DNA of 62,597 nt, filler included, from Choristocarpus tenellus KU-1152 (GCA_964200185.2; 14 parts of 14 records of this genome joined end to end with filler, not necessarily neighbours in it); one strand, 5' to 3'. Shown: positions 37,279 to 51,600, counted from the first letter of the whole stretch. The notes: generated by a model from the sequence alone, not told the origin. Program-made: numbers and translations.

Positions 37279-37474
37279 TTATCAAAGTAGATTGGGGGGT
37301 GGGGTGGGTCTACACCAGGGTGTCCATTTGGGGCATAACCGGGAAACGTGCGCTAACATTATCCATCCGGTGTATATGTAACAAAAATGCCCAAAAATCG
37401 TGACATGGAAAAAATTGACCCCAAATGGACAGCCGCCCCCCCCCCCCGCCCCCCCCCCCCATATACTTTGAGCC
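37279..37474. mobile_element. MITE family B, degenerate full copy
   Basis: TCAAAGTAG..CCAGGGTGTCCATTTGG..CCAAATGGACAGCCGCC..ATACTTTGAGCC. Confidence 0.85.
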
Positions 37475-37664
37475 TCATTTAGTTCATATCAGCACCTCTG
37501 AAGGTGAAGAAGTCGTCACTGCGCTTGCAATTCAAGTGTGGCATTTTGATACCGTTAGCAATGGTTGTACTTGCACCCTGAATCTCTGGTCTTGGGAAGG
37601 GAAGTTGCTGATACCTCAAGACTTCAGCCAAAGGGTCAGGCCGCACGAACCATAAGAAATGTAT

Positions 37665-40600
37665 TCACCTCTCTGCCAGGGCCTGGTCAATATCTTCTGC
37701 AGTGCTCATGAGAAGATCGTCAATGGGATCTCGTCCAATAAGGTCTGACAGTGAGTCTCTCTTCAACGCACTAGTCTTCTCCTCCACGGTGCTTCTTGTA
37801 GCGCCCCTTGATTCACTGAGGAAGTTGCCTTTCCCACTGATACCGTTTTGGGTCTCCAAGGAGCCGGAGGCGTTGGTCCTACCTGCACAGGGTAGAATTT
37901 AGGAGGGGCGGGCGAAGAATCTTTGGGTGAGGGGAAGTAGGTAGACCAATGAAGTGAAACTGTATCCGAAACGTTTGACCACTATCGTTAACATAGTTCA
38001 CTTCGTTGAAATGGAGTCAGAAATATCCTAGTTATCCTTTTTTGTAAATTAGTGCGGCGAGAGGTTTAAGCTTGTTGGAACTACTCTGATACAGCTCCAG
38101 TGAGTGCTATTGGTCTCATTCGGCTCCTAGGCATAGCTGATCTCTCATTAATGACTAAGTTTTCAGGAAGTTTAGTGCACATAGGGCCTATACTATAACC
38201 CATAGCTCTCTTTAGGTCCATTTTTGTCCAATTATCATCAGGGTACTTTGTACTTTGATTTAGAAAGCATGCGCCCTGGAGTAAGTGTTTCGCATACTCA
38301 AGCGGTTATCTCCACTACGCTTTGGCTGGACCACTCCCAATCTGGTTTTTATCCGGCAATGAAGTGTTTGCACTTCCAAGCAAGAAAAAGACCTACCCAA
38401 ATACCCGTAAAATCTACCCAGCAGCATCGGATATGAATGGCAACCACATTAAAAAAGAAGAAATGCAAAATGCAGCACTCGGTAATAGTGAAACTGAAGA
38501 ACGTTAACCTCAAGGGGTGCTTTCATTTGGAGCCCTTGACGCCACAATAAAGATCTAATAGTTAAGCAAAGATAATAAATTTGCTATAATATGCTTGGAA
38601 GCACTCCATATATATATATATATATATATAAGAAGATTGAGGGGGTATTAGGAACATCATACAAAAAGTAACACATGCGCCTGAACCACATCGTAGAATG
38701 ATGGGACAATTGTCACATCAAGTCAATAGTATTAACCTCACTCTACCCTGGTAGCACTACAGAATGCTACATAGAGATCAAAAGTAAACAAGAGGTACCC
38801 AGGTTTTGGCCGTTTGGCATGTAAGTTTGTTTTTCAATCTCTTGAAAATCACCTAATTTTTTTTCTATGGATGAAGTTCTGAGTTTGACTACTTAAGAGC
38901 GTTTATTTCTCTATTGGTAGAAACTTTTCTGATACAGTTCAGAAATATCCTATACACACTTTTTTGAAAAATAAGCCAAATCTAGCACATATTTGTCAGC
39001 ATTCTTAAAATGCAACTCTGGGTACCTCTTGCTTACTTTAATTCACATGCGTGGCAGTATACATATTCCCTCTCCCTCTCTACTGCAGTAGTACCCCAAA
39101 TCGGGCGGGTCACACCATGTTAGGGCAACATCTCTGGGCTTGTGCAAAGACTTGTGTGGAGAGCTGCACACCATTCGGAGAAACAAACCTGCACTCTGAC
39201 CCAAAGTGTCTGGGGGGGGGAGGGGGCCTGCACCAGGGTGTCCATTTGGGTCATAACCAAGAAAAGTGCACTTACATTATCCATCCAACGTACAAAATCA
39301 AATCACCCAAAAATCGCAAGATGAAAAAATTGGCCCCAAATGGACAGCTGCCACCCCCTCCCAGATACTTTCAGTCTCTGCGAGACCATATACTACACGA
39401 AGTAGTGTTCAACAACCCGTTTTTTGGTGACCCCTATTGATCCGTTTCTTCTCACTCTCTCCCATCCAACGGTAGAGGTCAGGGTGCATCACTCGATCCA
39501 GCATGCTGAATTTTTTCTCGTTGAGGGTCAGCGCGTCCCAACCCTCCTCCCTCAGGGTTCGCCGGACCTTGGACATGAAACGACGAATGGGAGAGTGGGG
39601 TACAACAATGAAAGCATGCGCAAAGGTCCAGAGATTAGCTACAGGAAACTTTTTTTGGACAGTGTACTGAGGGTTGAATAGTGACTATGTAAGAAGCACA
39701 GCGAGGAGTATCATAGGTGCGGTGAAAGGTCACTGAATCTACGGATCCTCAGGGTGAAGGGGAGTGGGAAGACCCACAGGAGGAAGGGAATGGTGAGAGA
39801 CAAAGGCAGGTCTGGTACTCGAGAGCTGATGACACTGTCACAGTGTTTTGGCAAGATGTGATCAACCTCGCGCAATCATACAGATATCGCTTGTTTGTTC
39901 CATTTTCTCGCACAAATGCATTGCTTAGCAGGGGTACTTCATTGATGTGGCTGTTTTTGAAGCACTCAACGCAGAGGATTGATAGAGCACTGCAGTATCA
40001 CCATGAGCCTTGAGCAGGCAGTGCTCATCATCACGTACCTCAAAATATATATATATATATATTCTTGCAAGTAGATATTTTTTCACTAATTAACCATGGA
40101 GCCGGTGCGCAGAGATTCGAATGGGGCTGGTGAGCAGAGTTTTTGACATAAACGATGCTCACAATCGTTGAGGTGGGAATATATCAACACCCACCCGTCA
40201 ACAGTGGCTTCAGGGAGACTTGAGTTTGGGGCATGGTAGAGGTGGGAAATGTTTCTCATATGACACAGCAACAACGGGAGTCAAAGTATCTTAGAGGGTA
40301 GGGTCGTGTCCATTTGGAGGGTCAAAATCCAAGGTTGCGATTTTGATGTAATTTTGGCTATCGCGTTTGTTAGGAAGTGTCAATATCCTCATTCCAGATA
40401 CACGTTTTCATAATGTATACATTTTACGTACTCTGAAACATTTTGGAGTAGGAAAATGTCATTTAAAAAAAAACCATAGGAAGCCAAGCCCCAAATGGAC
40501 AAACAGGGCAATACTTGTACCTACTAAGATACTTCCGCTCAAGGCTCACTGAGCAGACTGGACTTTCTCAATGAGGAACTGAAGGAATTGAACATAGTAG

Positions 40601-41211
40601 AGAGGTCCAAACAAAAGCGGACTGCTGAGAGTTGCAGGTTGATCGGCACTGAGGGTACACCGGACCCAGAGTGCTCTCGTAGCAGACAAGTTGACTGGAG
40701 TTTCGTCACAGCTGCCAGACGATTCCCAACATTGTCCCAGCACCCTTACATAGCACCAATTCGAGTCAAAGTATCTTAGAGGGTAGAGTCAAGTCCATTT
40801 TGGGGGTCAAAATCCAATGTTGCAATTTTGATGTAATTTTGGCTATCGTGTTTGTTAGGAAGCGTCAGTATCCTTGTTCTGGACACACCCTTTCATAACG
40901 TATACATTTTACCTACTCCGAAACATTTTGGAGCAGGTAAAATGTCATTCAAAACCCGTGGGAAAACAAGCCCCAAACGGACAAACAGGGGGTAAAAACT
41001 CGTACCCTCTAAGATACTTTCACTCATCCCAAACCCCATTCTGTTCTCTCCCCTGTATACGGTCCAAGTCCTCACCTTTTCTGCAGGAGTGAGGTAGACT
41101 GATACCCGGTCGTGTACTTTATTTGTAACCGCCCAGCGAGCTGTGGCACCGGTGAACGGATCCAGTGAGGCATTGAGCTCAAGGGCAACATCCATTGCGT
41201 CGGATTCACCT
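37665..41211 (-). CDS. Exons of an unidentified gene (partial)
   Basis: Phase-consistent exons 41211-41076, 39567-39456, 37882-37665: ..VSVYLTPAEK|VRRTLREEGWDALTLNEKKFSMLDRVMHPDLYRWMGE|SRTNASG.. Confidence 0.65.
38776..39044. mobile_element. MITE family D
   Basis: ~27-bp TIRs GATCAAAAGTAAACAAGAGGTACCCAG / CTGGGTACCTCTTGCTTACTTTAATTC. Confidence 0.75.
39198..39376. mobile_element. MITE family B, full copy
   Basis: GACCCAAAGTGTCTGGGG...CCCAGATACTTTCAGTC. Confidence 0.88.
40278..40540. mobile_element. MITE family A, full copy
   Basis: GAGTCAAAGTATCTTAGAGGGTA...CTAAGATACTTCCGCTC; flanks ACGG/AAGG. Confidence 0.9.
40763..41025. mobile_element. MITE family A, full copy
   Basis: GAGTCAAAGTATCTTAGAGGGTA...TACCCTCTAAGATACTTTCACTC; flanks ATTC/ATCC. 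Confidence 0.92.
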
Positions 41212-41276
41212 CTGAGGACATTAGCAGCAGCAGGGAGTATCCTCCGTGCCTATATCCAGGGGTGAATATGGAGTTA

Positions 41277-41364
41277 GGGATCAGAGATCAGAGATCAGAG
41301 ATCAGAGACCAGGGATCAGAGACCAGAGATCAGAGATCAGAGATCAGAGATCAGAGATCAGAGA
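41277..41364. repeat. Heptamer tandem repeat (GATCAGA)n, ~12 units
   Basis: Directly visible. Confidence 0.95.
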
Positions 41365-41523
41365 ACGCCTGCGTGATTGCTGCTTCCAAAGTGCGTGCGT
41401 AGTTGCAAGCGAAGATTTTGTTGCAGCGGACGACCAACCCGCATGCACGCCACCGACACACACAAAAACATGAAAATGGTGGATCCCCCCACCATCGCGA
41501 GCACGATGAAAGAGAATAATAAA

Positions 41524-41600
41524 GACCCAAAGTATCTGGGAGGGGGGGGGGGACTCCACCAGGGTGCCCATTTGGACCAAGATCAGGAACAGTGGCTTCA
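41524..41600. mobile_element. MITE family B, partial (contig end)
   Basis: GACCCAAAGTATCTGGG..CCAGGGTGCCCATTTGG. Confidence 0.85.
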
Positions 41601-41700
41601 NNNNNNNNNNNNNNNNNNNNNNNNNNNNNNNNNNNNNNNNNNNNTTAATTAATTAANNNNNNNNNNNNNNNNNNNNNNNNNNNNNNNNNNNNNNNNNNNN

Positions 41701-43517
41701 CCTGTCTGTATATCCCACACCCGCACAGTCTTGTCCCCCCCTCCTGTCACCACATAGTTACAGTTAGGGTGGAACCTTTCCAAAGGTAGGGGGTACAGGT
41801 TACACACAAAAAAAAAGATGAAATTAAAATGAAGGAGTGCCCAGTATAATAGTAAGCTATTGAAGCTATGAAGAAGCACAACACCACAAACGTTTTTTAA
41901 AAGAGTAACACAGCACAGCAAGGGTCCAGTAGAAAACTACAATATTATTATTATTATTATGAATACATACAAATAGGGTTAGGGTATACAGGACGAAAGG
42001 CAGTGCATACCTCTCGGTCCCAAAAGTGGGCAAGATCCACACAAAAAAAGTCCAAGCACATCTATTGCAACTTGGTACCCACGTACTGACTACTCAGCAG
42101 TAAAAGGAACACAACTAGAGTGTGTATGTATCTCTGTCTCTACACACACACACACATACCAGCACAGTGATCAAAAATTAACAGGATGAAGCAATAATCA
42201 CACCTACACACCCCCTTCTCCCCCTTTTCCACATAACCACAGCCACGCTGCAAATATCAATCCCTACCCAATCCCCCTCAGTACCACATGACCTACCTGA
42301 CGCAGGTGACATCCTTGATGTGTCCAGCAAAGATGCGCAATGGCTGAGCACAGTCTGTGCTCCAGAGGCAGGCAGTTCGGTCTGCAGCAGCAGTGGCGAA
42401 GTAGTACCCCAAGGGTGAAAAGGTCACATCCCACACTGGACACCTACGAAATTAATAATAGTGAACTTCACAAATGTCATTCCTATCATTTCCATCATGT
42501 AGACACACAAACAAACATATATATATATATATATATATCTTGTCACATAGACAACAGGACAGGTTGAGGAAGGCAAATTGACACATTGTCGAATGTACGT
42601 AGTGGATTAAGGTGAGCAAAATGCCCTTCGAAGTACACCAACATAGAATTACAGCTGAGAAATACTACAGTGAAGCATTTACTATTTTGGTTTTCTATAT
42701 ATATCTATGCAGTAGCTCGAGAGGTTTCACACACATGTTCAAATGGTTGCATGAGGGAAAAAGAATAAAAAAGTGAACTACTACATTATAAAAAAGAATA
42801 AAAAATTGAAATACTACATTGTAAAAGAGAAGAAAAAAGTGAAAAATAAAAACACAGGTAAACATACACAAAACAATTCATTGCAATACATCAAAATATT
42901 TCAAGTCCATACTCATAACTAGACCATACACAACACACAATACACTTACAAAAAAATTGCAATAAGTATCATATGAGGCCATCATAGCGGAGAAGACTAG
43001 GGTGAGGACAAGAACCAAAAGATACAACCGCCAGGTTCACTCAACAGGAGGGTGTTGTCCAGAAGGGCAAAAGGAGCACCCCCGCCACTCCAGGCCCAAA
43101 GCCACACACATGAGCCCCAACACCACACTATTCTTGCATAACACACCTGTGACCCCGGAAGCAGGCGAGACTTTCTCCCTTTCTTCCATGCTTTAAATCC
43201 CACAATCGAACTGAGCCACTGCCCCCCGCAGATAGTAACAGCCTCCCATCAGGTGACCAGCTCACCCCAAACACTTGTCGCATGTGACCCACAAGCTTCA
43301 CCATATCCCCATCACTCCCATCCTCTCCAACTTCTTTCCTGTCCCCCTTATCCCCCCCGCCTTCTCCTTCCGTGCCTGAAACGGAAGGCGTTCCATCTGT
43401 AGCCACCTTGGCGGCTATGTGGCCACCCACTCTATCTCCTAGAGCACCTTGGGAAAGGGGGGCCTTGGACGCAGTGCGCCAAACGCGTACAGAATGGTCA
43501 TCAAATCCTGCAGCCAG
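41701..43517 (-). CDS. TAF5: TFIID subunit 5, WD40 region (partial)
   Basis: Exons 43517-43147, 42443-42297, 41775-41701: [40 protein letters not shown]|[49 protein letters not shown]|[11 protein letters not shown]. Confidence 0.92.
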
Positions 43518-45375
43518 CTGCCCCCCACCCCCCAAAAGAATCACAACCCAACCCCCCCCCCAAAAATAAAAATAAAAATGTCAGGAACAAATAAAAAGAA
43601 AGTTGAAGTGATTTTGGTATAGCAGTGTTGCAGAGGGGGGGGGGGGCATTGGGGTGGGAAAAGGGACAGCACAGACGCAATACAGAACAGCTGTGACAAG
43701 CAGCAGCAGTCCAGGACAACCATTGAGGGATCGGAAAAATTAGGGGAGGTGGGCAGTGATGACTACTACATGATGACTACTACAGATACGACGAAATGTG
43801 ATTTGGGTGTATTGGCTTGAGGAGGTGGATGATCCACTCACACTTTCAATACCTCTCCTCTCTCCTTTCTCTGCAGTGGTCAAGAACTCGTGAGTTGCAG
43901 CACGGCCCGCGAGCAAAGTGCACCACGCCAAAAGAAAATAATAAAACCAGACCTCCCAAACAGCATGGTCGTCTATAACAGGTATACAGAGAGATAGCAC
44001 AAAACCCTCACCCTTTGCCCATTGAAAGAAACAACGGACACTACTAATCGCCGTTTGATCAACATAGCTTGTTGGTTTTGTTTTGAAACTTGTCTTGTGT
44101 GTGTTGGTGATGCACTAACAATAATAAATACACTGTATTGGCAGCAAGAAAACTATCTGTACGGAAGAACAACAGAGACCTTCACCGTTTTGAGGAGATA
44201 CAACACCAGAGAAAAAAAAAAACTGAGAAGGGAAAAAAAGAAAGTGAAATACCAATTTTGAAACATCAATTTTACAGTATGAACGCCCTGCGAGTAGCCT
44301 GGAAAAGGGAAAACATTGGAAGCAGCACTAGGAGCAGAAGAGCAAAATACTTCCTCCATACAGGAACAATTCCAAAAGATTTCCCTCATACACACAAACT
44401 GCTCAAAGTGACGCTCAACAGAGGAAGTACTACGTAGTGACTGTTGGCGGGTTGTGGGTGTGCCCATGGGAACGCAGACGGGGGGNNNNNNNNNNNNNNN
44501 NNNNNNNNNNNNNNNNNNNNNNNNNNNNNTTAATTAATTAANNNNNNNNNNNNNNNNNNNNNNNNNNNNNNNNNNNNNNNNNNNNTTCAACAACTCAATG
44601 TTTCTCCCACAGAATCATATTTTACACATGAATAAAAAGCATATTCTTAACATCCTTCTCATGTGCTCAGTCCGATTATCTAGTCTCCTCTCTTTAACTT
44701 TGTGTCATAGCTTCTTTAAAGGGGTACCTGTAGGTGACAGGCAGAGCACATCTATGTCATATAACAGAATCGCTCTCCATCGCATGCAAGGTGAACCTTG
44801 TGTTCTCTTAGTCACCTTCCGCCCTTCTCGAAATGCTGACAGCACAAGTCTGTGCCTGAGTAGTGACTGATCGGACTAATGGTTGCTTCTGTACCTGAAA
44901 GCGGTGGTTGTCATACAGGAGAGAACATAGATAAAAGCGCCAAGGAGCTATTAAAAGTCAATAGTCTCAAGTGGTGAGCTGAGTATTCTCCTTAGTATGG
45001 TGAGACAACATAGGACCTCCACATTGCAAATACTCCCAGCAGCTTACCTTGATGAGATATGTAGCTCCAATCCACAAGCTTGTAGGCTGATGATGAGGCC
45101 CGTAGATTGTACCATACTGAAAACATCATCAAATGTGCTGGATCTCTCACTTTGATTGTTCACTTTATGATTTGATATTGAGTTATTAAAAGGACATATG
45201 AGCAAAGAATGGTCTCACCATCAACATATAAATCTAGGACTCCAAGTTCGTAATGACGTTTATGAACCGCCATTAAGACCCATCTCCTATGACAGACAAG
45301 GGTGTTTTGCTGGCCTTGACTGCTAGAAACACCTTCCCATGTATTATATGGGAAACCCTATACATGTGCTGTATC

Positions 45376-45629
45376 GAGCCAAACCAATTGAGAGGTAGGC
45401 AGGTTTGGTTTTGCATTCCAAGCCATCTTTCTTATCCTGTGCAATACATTTATTTCATCGCTTTATGTGCACAATAGTGTACGCAAAATTGATATTCATC
45501 CCTTCCAAACACAAAGCGACACCACAATTCAGGAAAGGCTCTTTCTGCAATTGTACAAAATGGCATATTTTTGCTCTTTCCAGTGTTCCTAAAAATGCAA
45601 CCCTGCCTACCTCTCAGATGGTTTGACTC
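45376..45629. mobile_element. MITE family C
   Basis: TIRs GAGCCAAACCAATTGAGAGGTAGGCAGG / CCTGCCTACCTCTCAGATGGTTTGACTC; homologous to 23177-23433. Confidence 0.85.
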
Positions 45630-47415
45630 GTCCACTTATGATGCCGTCCACTTTCTCTACCAATCTACCATCCACACCAACACCGGATACTAAGGCAATG
45701 AACCAACCATTAATTTGTAAGCTTCAGATCCAAGAGGTAGCAATGGCTGCCAACAGCACCACGACATGATACATTAATTATTAGTTGCTTCACATTATTA
45801 TTATGGGGATTATCCCAACCCATAGTTAGAGACATTGCACATTGTACTACTTTTCATACTATTTACTAACCGATGTACTGCAACTAACTGCCTCCATTCC
45901 TGACTTGTTTCTGACGAATTGGATTTAGCACTCCCACCCCTTGTTGTTTTACTTCCTCTGTCAAATTTTCTGCTGAACCAAGCCTTGAAGTTTCTACCTC
46001 GATTTTTGTCTGGCATTTTTGTGGTATGGTGACAGGCAGAATAGTACAGATGTACCAATTCGTTGTGCTTATCATGTGAAATTGGATAATCGAACCACAT
46101 TTCCGTGAAAAAGGGAATGTCCTCGAAGGTATTCGAACCCACGAATCCATGCCGGTAGTCATAACCTTACTGATTAGTGATGCGAAACAGGATATATCTA
46201 AAATTCCGATATCAATTACTCCGATGCATCGATACATCGGTCAAGAACTTGATGTTTTGCAAAAGTTAGGATGAAAGTTTGATAGTGGTGACCAGACATC
46301 TTCAGAGGTAACTAAAAGGGCATTTCGTGGCCGAGGAACTACAGTCACGAAAGAGTGAGCACGATGGGTGCTAAGGAGAAGGCGGTGGTGATCACCTTCG
46401 TGGCTTTAACGAGTGCAGTTGTCGGTAAGAAGGAGTGATTCATAAAGCACATTTATATTGGTATGTTTTAAGTCCAAGTTTGTGATGTACCCTCACCCTC
46501 GCTGTTTTGCTTCGCGGAAGGCTACACGCAGATCTACCTGCCATTTTACAGTCCGATGGGGCGAGAGAGGAGAGAAGGTGTGCGTTCTGGGACTCTGGGC
46601 GAGGTTCCACAATTTACCCCGGGTTCAATGTGGGGCAACATGAAGGATCGCGTTAAGGACGGAGGGGGGGAAAAGGGTGAAGCATAGCGTAAAAAGTACG
46701 CCAACACAAAATCACACGAGTAACCAATACAGTTCCACTAGAAGAATGAGCGGGAACAGGAACATATCACAGGATTGGTCCCTCCCTGTAAATGGTCATG
46801 GGCCACACCTCTTTTGAGTTACAACCTTTCTCGTTTGTGACAAGTCAATACGTGGATACCCATATTGCCGTATAGTGCGGCTGCACAGAAATCGTCACTA
46901 CTCCATTTATGTAGGGGGAGCAAGTATTGTACGAACAGCTATACCTCCCACTGTCTTCCTCCCGTATGAGTTTGTTTGGAAGAGTTTCATGGTTCCCCCT
47001 AAACTAGTGATATGTGTTACTGAACACATACGTGGTAAATGGAATGCTACTCTATCCCTGAAGGGCCAACTAAATCGGGCATGGCAAGGAAGCAGAAAAA
47101 GAGGATATCGAATTTCCGACCTGGAATTAGCATAGATGGACTCCTCTTGAGCAATAGAGAGAAAAAATCTCAACAAATTTGACATGTTTCTAAGCAAGTT
47201 TCAGTTCACGATTAGGTGCCTACGAAAACAGACCCCACATTTTGATGCTTGTATCTCTGTAACAGCGATCAAAGCTGTCCAGTACAACCCACCAACCCAA
47301 CCGTGATATTTTCGTTTCTTGCTTTGTACGTACAATTATTCAAAATAGGTCTAGAGACAAACCAATTTGTGTCACTGTCACCAGGAAATTGTCTTAGCTC
47401 TTGTCTTTTTTAACA

Positions 47416-48435
47416 TCAATTTGTCCAGATCTTGATAGTACGGTCCTTACTACCAGATGCCACTGCAGAACCGTTTGGTGACCAGTCCAGAGCATACACC
47501 TCATCAGCATGCCCTGGTAGGGTAGCTTTCGCGCTATTGGAGTAGCAGCAAACAGGTACAGTGTTAGAGTGGGTGCAGGTTGAAAGATGTGGCTGTTACA
47601 CAATGTGACAGATGTTTGAAGCATGATACTTTATGAAGCGGGACTGGAAAAATTCATGTCCAACTGAACATAGCGTTTCTCTGCTGAGTTTATGTAGATG
47701 ACCTACACTGCTACTGCTCCAGAACACAATGCCAGGATATGCCATTAAATCCAACAAAAATGAATTATCGTGCCATGAATGATCAACATATGAAGGCATC
47801 AATGTAACAGTATGGGACACAAGAACTTTCCACACACTGGAACATCACCAATTACCCCAGGATGGATATGGAAAGAAGTACATTTTCCTGACCAAGCTCA
47901 TCCCAACACCAAATTTTCCTTCAAATCCAGAGTACAGCCCCACCTCTTGAGAGATTGCATTTCCCAAAGCTTGACAGTGCTGTCCTTTGAAGCACTCACC
48001 AGCAGTCGGCTGTCTGCAGACCATGCCACCTTGATACGCAGCCACGAGGAGGGGGTAGGTGGTAGGTAGTGTGTAAGACATAATTGAGGCTAGAACTTGA
48101 AAGTAGGTAAGTGCTGGGTTTTTTTCCTAACCAAATGGTGCATCGCAATTCACCCCTTCACACTTCACTTAATGGTGATCCTTCATACCTGGTACACAGC
48201 TCCCACGTGACCATTAAGTGTTGCAAGAAAAGCTCCTGTTCTCCCATCCCAGACCTTGACCTTCTTGTCAAACGACGCACTAGCAAAACGCCGCCCATCT
48301 GGGCTGAAGGCCAGGTGGTTGACTGGCTGCTGGTGTCCTGTAAGCCGAGTAATGGGCTTTTTGTCCACCACTGGGGTCCAGAGGAAGAGCGTGAAGTCAT
48401 CAGAACCAGATATGAGGCGTTCTGGTTCACCCGCT
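47416..48435 (-). CDS. NLE1: Notchless homolog 1 / Rsa4 ribosome biogenesis WD40 protein, last three exons
   Basis: Exons 48435-48189, 48029-47944, 47533-47416: ERLISGSDDFTLFLW..RLTGHQQPVNH..SASFDKKVKVWDG..GHVGAVYQ|VAWSADSRLLVSASKDST..LPGHADEVYALDWSPNG..SGSKDRTIKIW. Confidence 0.95.
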
Positions 48436-48486
48436 CTGTGTGGGAGAGGAGAGTGACAGTTGTAAATAATAAACATAACATGATAC

Positions 48487-48607
48487 TGTGCAATATAGAC
48501 TAGTAGTCTATATGATTTATAGTGTAAAAGTGAATGAAGTAATGTAACTTGAACTTACAAGCGACTGACGTAGTGTAACTTGAACTTATAAGTGACTGAC
48601 GTAGTGT
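48487..48607 (+). mobile_element. Copia LTR 5' portion (same family as 20984), in an NLE1 intron
   Basis: Near-identical to 20984-21075, with an extra tandem copy of a ~31-bp unit. Confidence 0.9.
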
Positions 48608-51600
48608 NNNNNNNNNNNNNNNNNNNNNNNNNNNNNNNNNNNNNNNNNNNNTTAATTAATTAANNNNNNNNNNNNNNNNNNNNNNNNNNNNNNNNNNNNN
48701 NNNNNNNGTGTATCTACAGGCACGTATGGGGAGGGGGGGCATGGGGGGCATGGTCGCAATACTTTCCATTTTGTGGGTGCAGAGTGTGTTGAGCTCAGAG
48801 GTCGTTTGTTTTGCTAGTTGTACGGCTGGTTCTCGATAGGCGGGCGGCACTGAAATGTGTGATGTCACTTTCTGTTCTTTTGTCTGGGATTGGATGCTGT
48901 TGTGTTTTTGCTCATTTTCTTTAACAAAGGCTACCACCGACTAGGTGTGTGACCCGAGCCCCCTTTTCCTTGGCTTGCTTGTTCTCAACTTTTTGAAGAG
49001 TTTTCTTGAGGGGGGGGTTGGGGGACGGGGCAGGGGGGTGGGGGTGATGTCTTGTATGCAAAGCAGGCAAAAGAGAACGAGCCTTAGATCCTCTTCTTGC
49101 ATTGGCTTGTGTTTCCTGACACTGATAGAGTTGTGTTGGGAGCATTTGCGCAGTGTTAGGTGGTCGTTAAGAACTGCAACTGCTGCAGTATTGATGGAAA
49201 GGAGGCCAGGGGGGTAGGGTGGCAGTATATGGAATATTAGGCGATGTTGTAATTGGCATTGCTTGACTATGGACTGATGCATCCCAGTCAGTACCCATGC
49301 ATCTGTGGGATAGGTGAGGCATGTCCGACCCAAGTCGTAAATGATCTTTACTGTCATTCTCTTCTGTCCATCACTGTAACATGAAGCACTAGGCATGAAT
49401 GTTTTCTGTGTGAGGCAGAAGGTGATCCACCCCTTAACAGTTACATAATATGATAAAACTGTGTGTGTGTGTGTGTGTGTGTGTCCTGTTGCTAGGGAGC
49501 TAAAATGTAGAGTATACAGGAGTTCCATTTAGCTTAGCCAAGCTGGAGGTGAGGATAGGTAGACTTGTGGCAGGGGCATGACTGCATTCTGTCTCTCTTC
49601 CTGCACAGGGTTGGATGCAGGTTTTCCCTCTCTTAGCATGGTGGGTGCATCTATGGTTTTCATCATGGTGTGACAGCAAAGTGTGGATGGAGAGAGACTA
49701 AATTAGGGGGAAGGGAGAATAAGAATTCTCAGTGGGGAGGGGGATGGGCAGCGAATACACTTCCTTGTACAGGAAATGAGAAGGATATATGATGCTGTAC
49801 ACTATGAGGCAGTGCATCAGGCTGGGAGAGAAATGTCCTGTGAGACTACTGCTGCAGTTGTATGGCACCCTTGACTTGAGTGCTAGTTTTCTTGTGGTGT
49901 TGGTGAGGATATGCAGGGCGCCCTTGCTTTAAAGAGAAATAGTACAAAACTCCAATTCAAGTGTTGCACCAAAGGTGATTTCGGTGTTATCCTGAGGTAG
50001 AGTACTCCTTGAAGCAATTGAAAAACCCACGGAGGGGAAGGTAGGCACATCAAACACCATTCCTCAAGTAATCTGGTGGCTACCATGGGTAGAAGTCGTC
50101 AGGTCTCTCCTTCAAAGAAGGAACCTAAAGAAGGTTGACACAGAAAGATCTAATCGCATTTTGCATCAACCCTCATCCCCACCCCCTTGAACCGTGTACT
50201 AACAGACTATTCCCCAGGGACAGACCGAAGATGGCACAGTATAGTACCTAGCAAGGCAAACACATACTTCTTGGCACCGAATGCTCCATTGTTACCAAGT
50301 CCCCTACTACTACTCTCAAGTCCTAAAATGAAACCTGAAAAGAAAATCAGGTCCACTCTTCTCTATTGGAGTTGACCAGCCACATGGGTAAAACTTCTCA
50401 CAAATGGGTCAAAACCTTTTTCATGGCCTCTTGTATGCAGAACAAATCAAGCACTTTCGACAGTAGGGCTCTAACATCAGCAGCTGTAATAGCATATTAT
50501 TGTGCTCCTTCCTTATGAACAGAAGCAGGGTACAATGCGGAGTCTCTCTCGTTCAAGCGGTTGCACTCCTCTAACAAACAAGGGCCTAGGGCAATCTGCT
50601 CCTACTGTCAAGACTGTACAAAGATGGAACCCTGGGGTTGCTTCCCCTCACCCTACATATTAGTACTAGGATAGTATCCCTTCCTCCTCAAGGCATACAA
50701 GACATTCCCTGCCGATCTCTTCAGAAAAAAAATGACCCAAGAAAGTCCCCTCCCGTCCTCCATTGTCATACTAGATTATATATACTCAAAGGCAAGTCCC
50801 AGGACAAAATATGCTGTAAGTCTGCACATGTATTCAAGGCAGCAAACAATCTCCTTCACCTAAATTTACACAGCACTCTGAAAACTGTTAAGAAACATCT
50901 AAAACACTTGCCATGCAGAATGAATGCTGCACCAGAGCAATCAAGTCAAAATCACAGCAATGGGAATGGGCGAGTTGGAGGGGATCAACACCGCCATCCA
51001 TGTCAACGATCAATATTGAAGCAACAAATAGAGGCCGTCCTTCACCAGGTGGAACACATTGCAGTCCTCTCTCTCTCTCTGTTTCATGTAATTGAATTGA
51101 ATCCCACTCAAAGACACCGAACCCACAGCCCCAATGAAAGGGAGAAAGGCTGTTTAAGGCCTCCTTCACTCTCCTCACCGACCTATAATATACATTAAAA
51201 AAAAGCTATGGTTCCTGATTTTTTTTTTCCTATCTACATGCACGTATTACCCACCCTCTCTGGTACCTACAAGTATAATTTTCAATGAACTTACTTATAG
51301 TAACTATTGTGAAATTTTGGAAGGTAAAAAATAGACCCTACTGATGTAATGAGTTTGTACGTGATTGGTTGGGGAACCGAACATTGATGCATGTACCAGG
51401 TACATGGAAAACAATGCACTCTCCTGTACGCCTTCCAAGCCCTTGAAAAACCCTTGCGCCTAAGGTATCCTACTCTAAGATGTATTTCATTGCAGGTGGA
51501 GTAAGGAGACAGCAGGTAATTTCACCACATCTGACAAAGACTATCTTAGTTGCTACACCTTCACTCAAGCTGGGGGGGGAAAGAGGGTAATCAAAGGAGC

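Noticed and set aside
41277-41364. GATCAGA array (and the dispersed MITE repeats) as CRISPR-like
   Set aside because: No spacers or cas genes; these are a simple satellite and dispersed TIR elements in a eukaryote.
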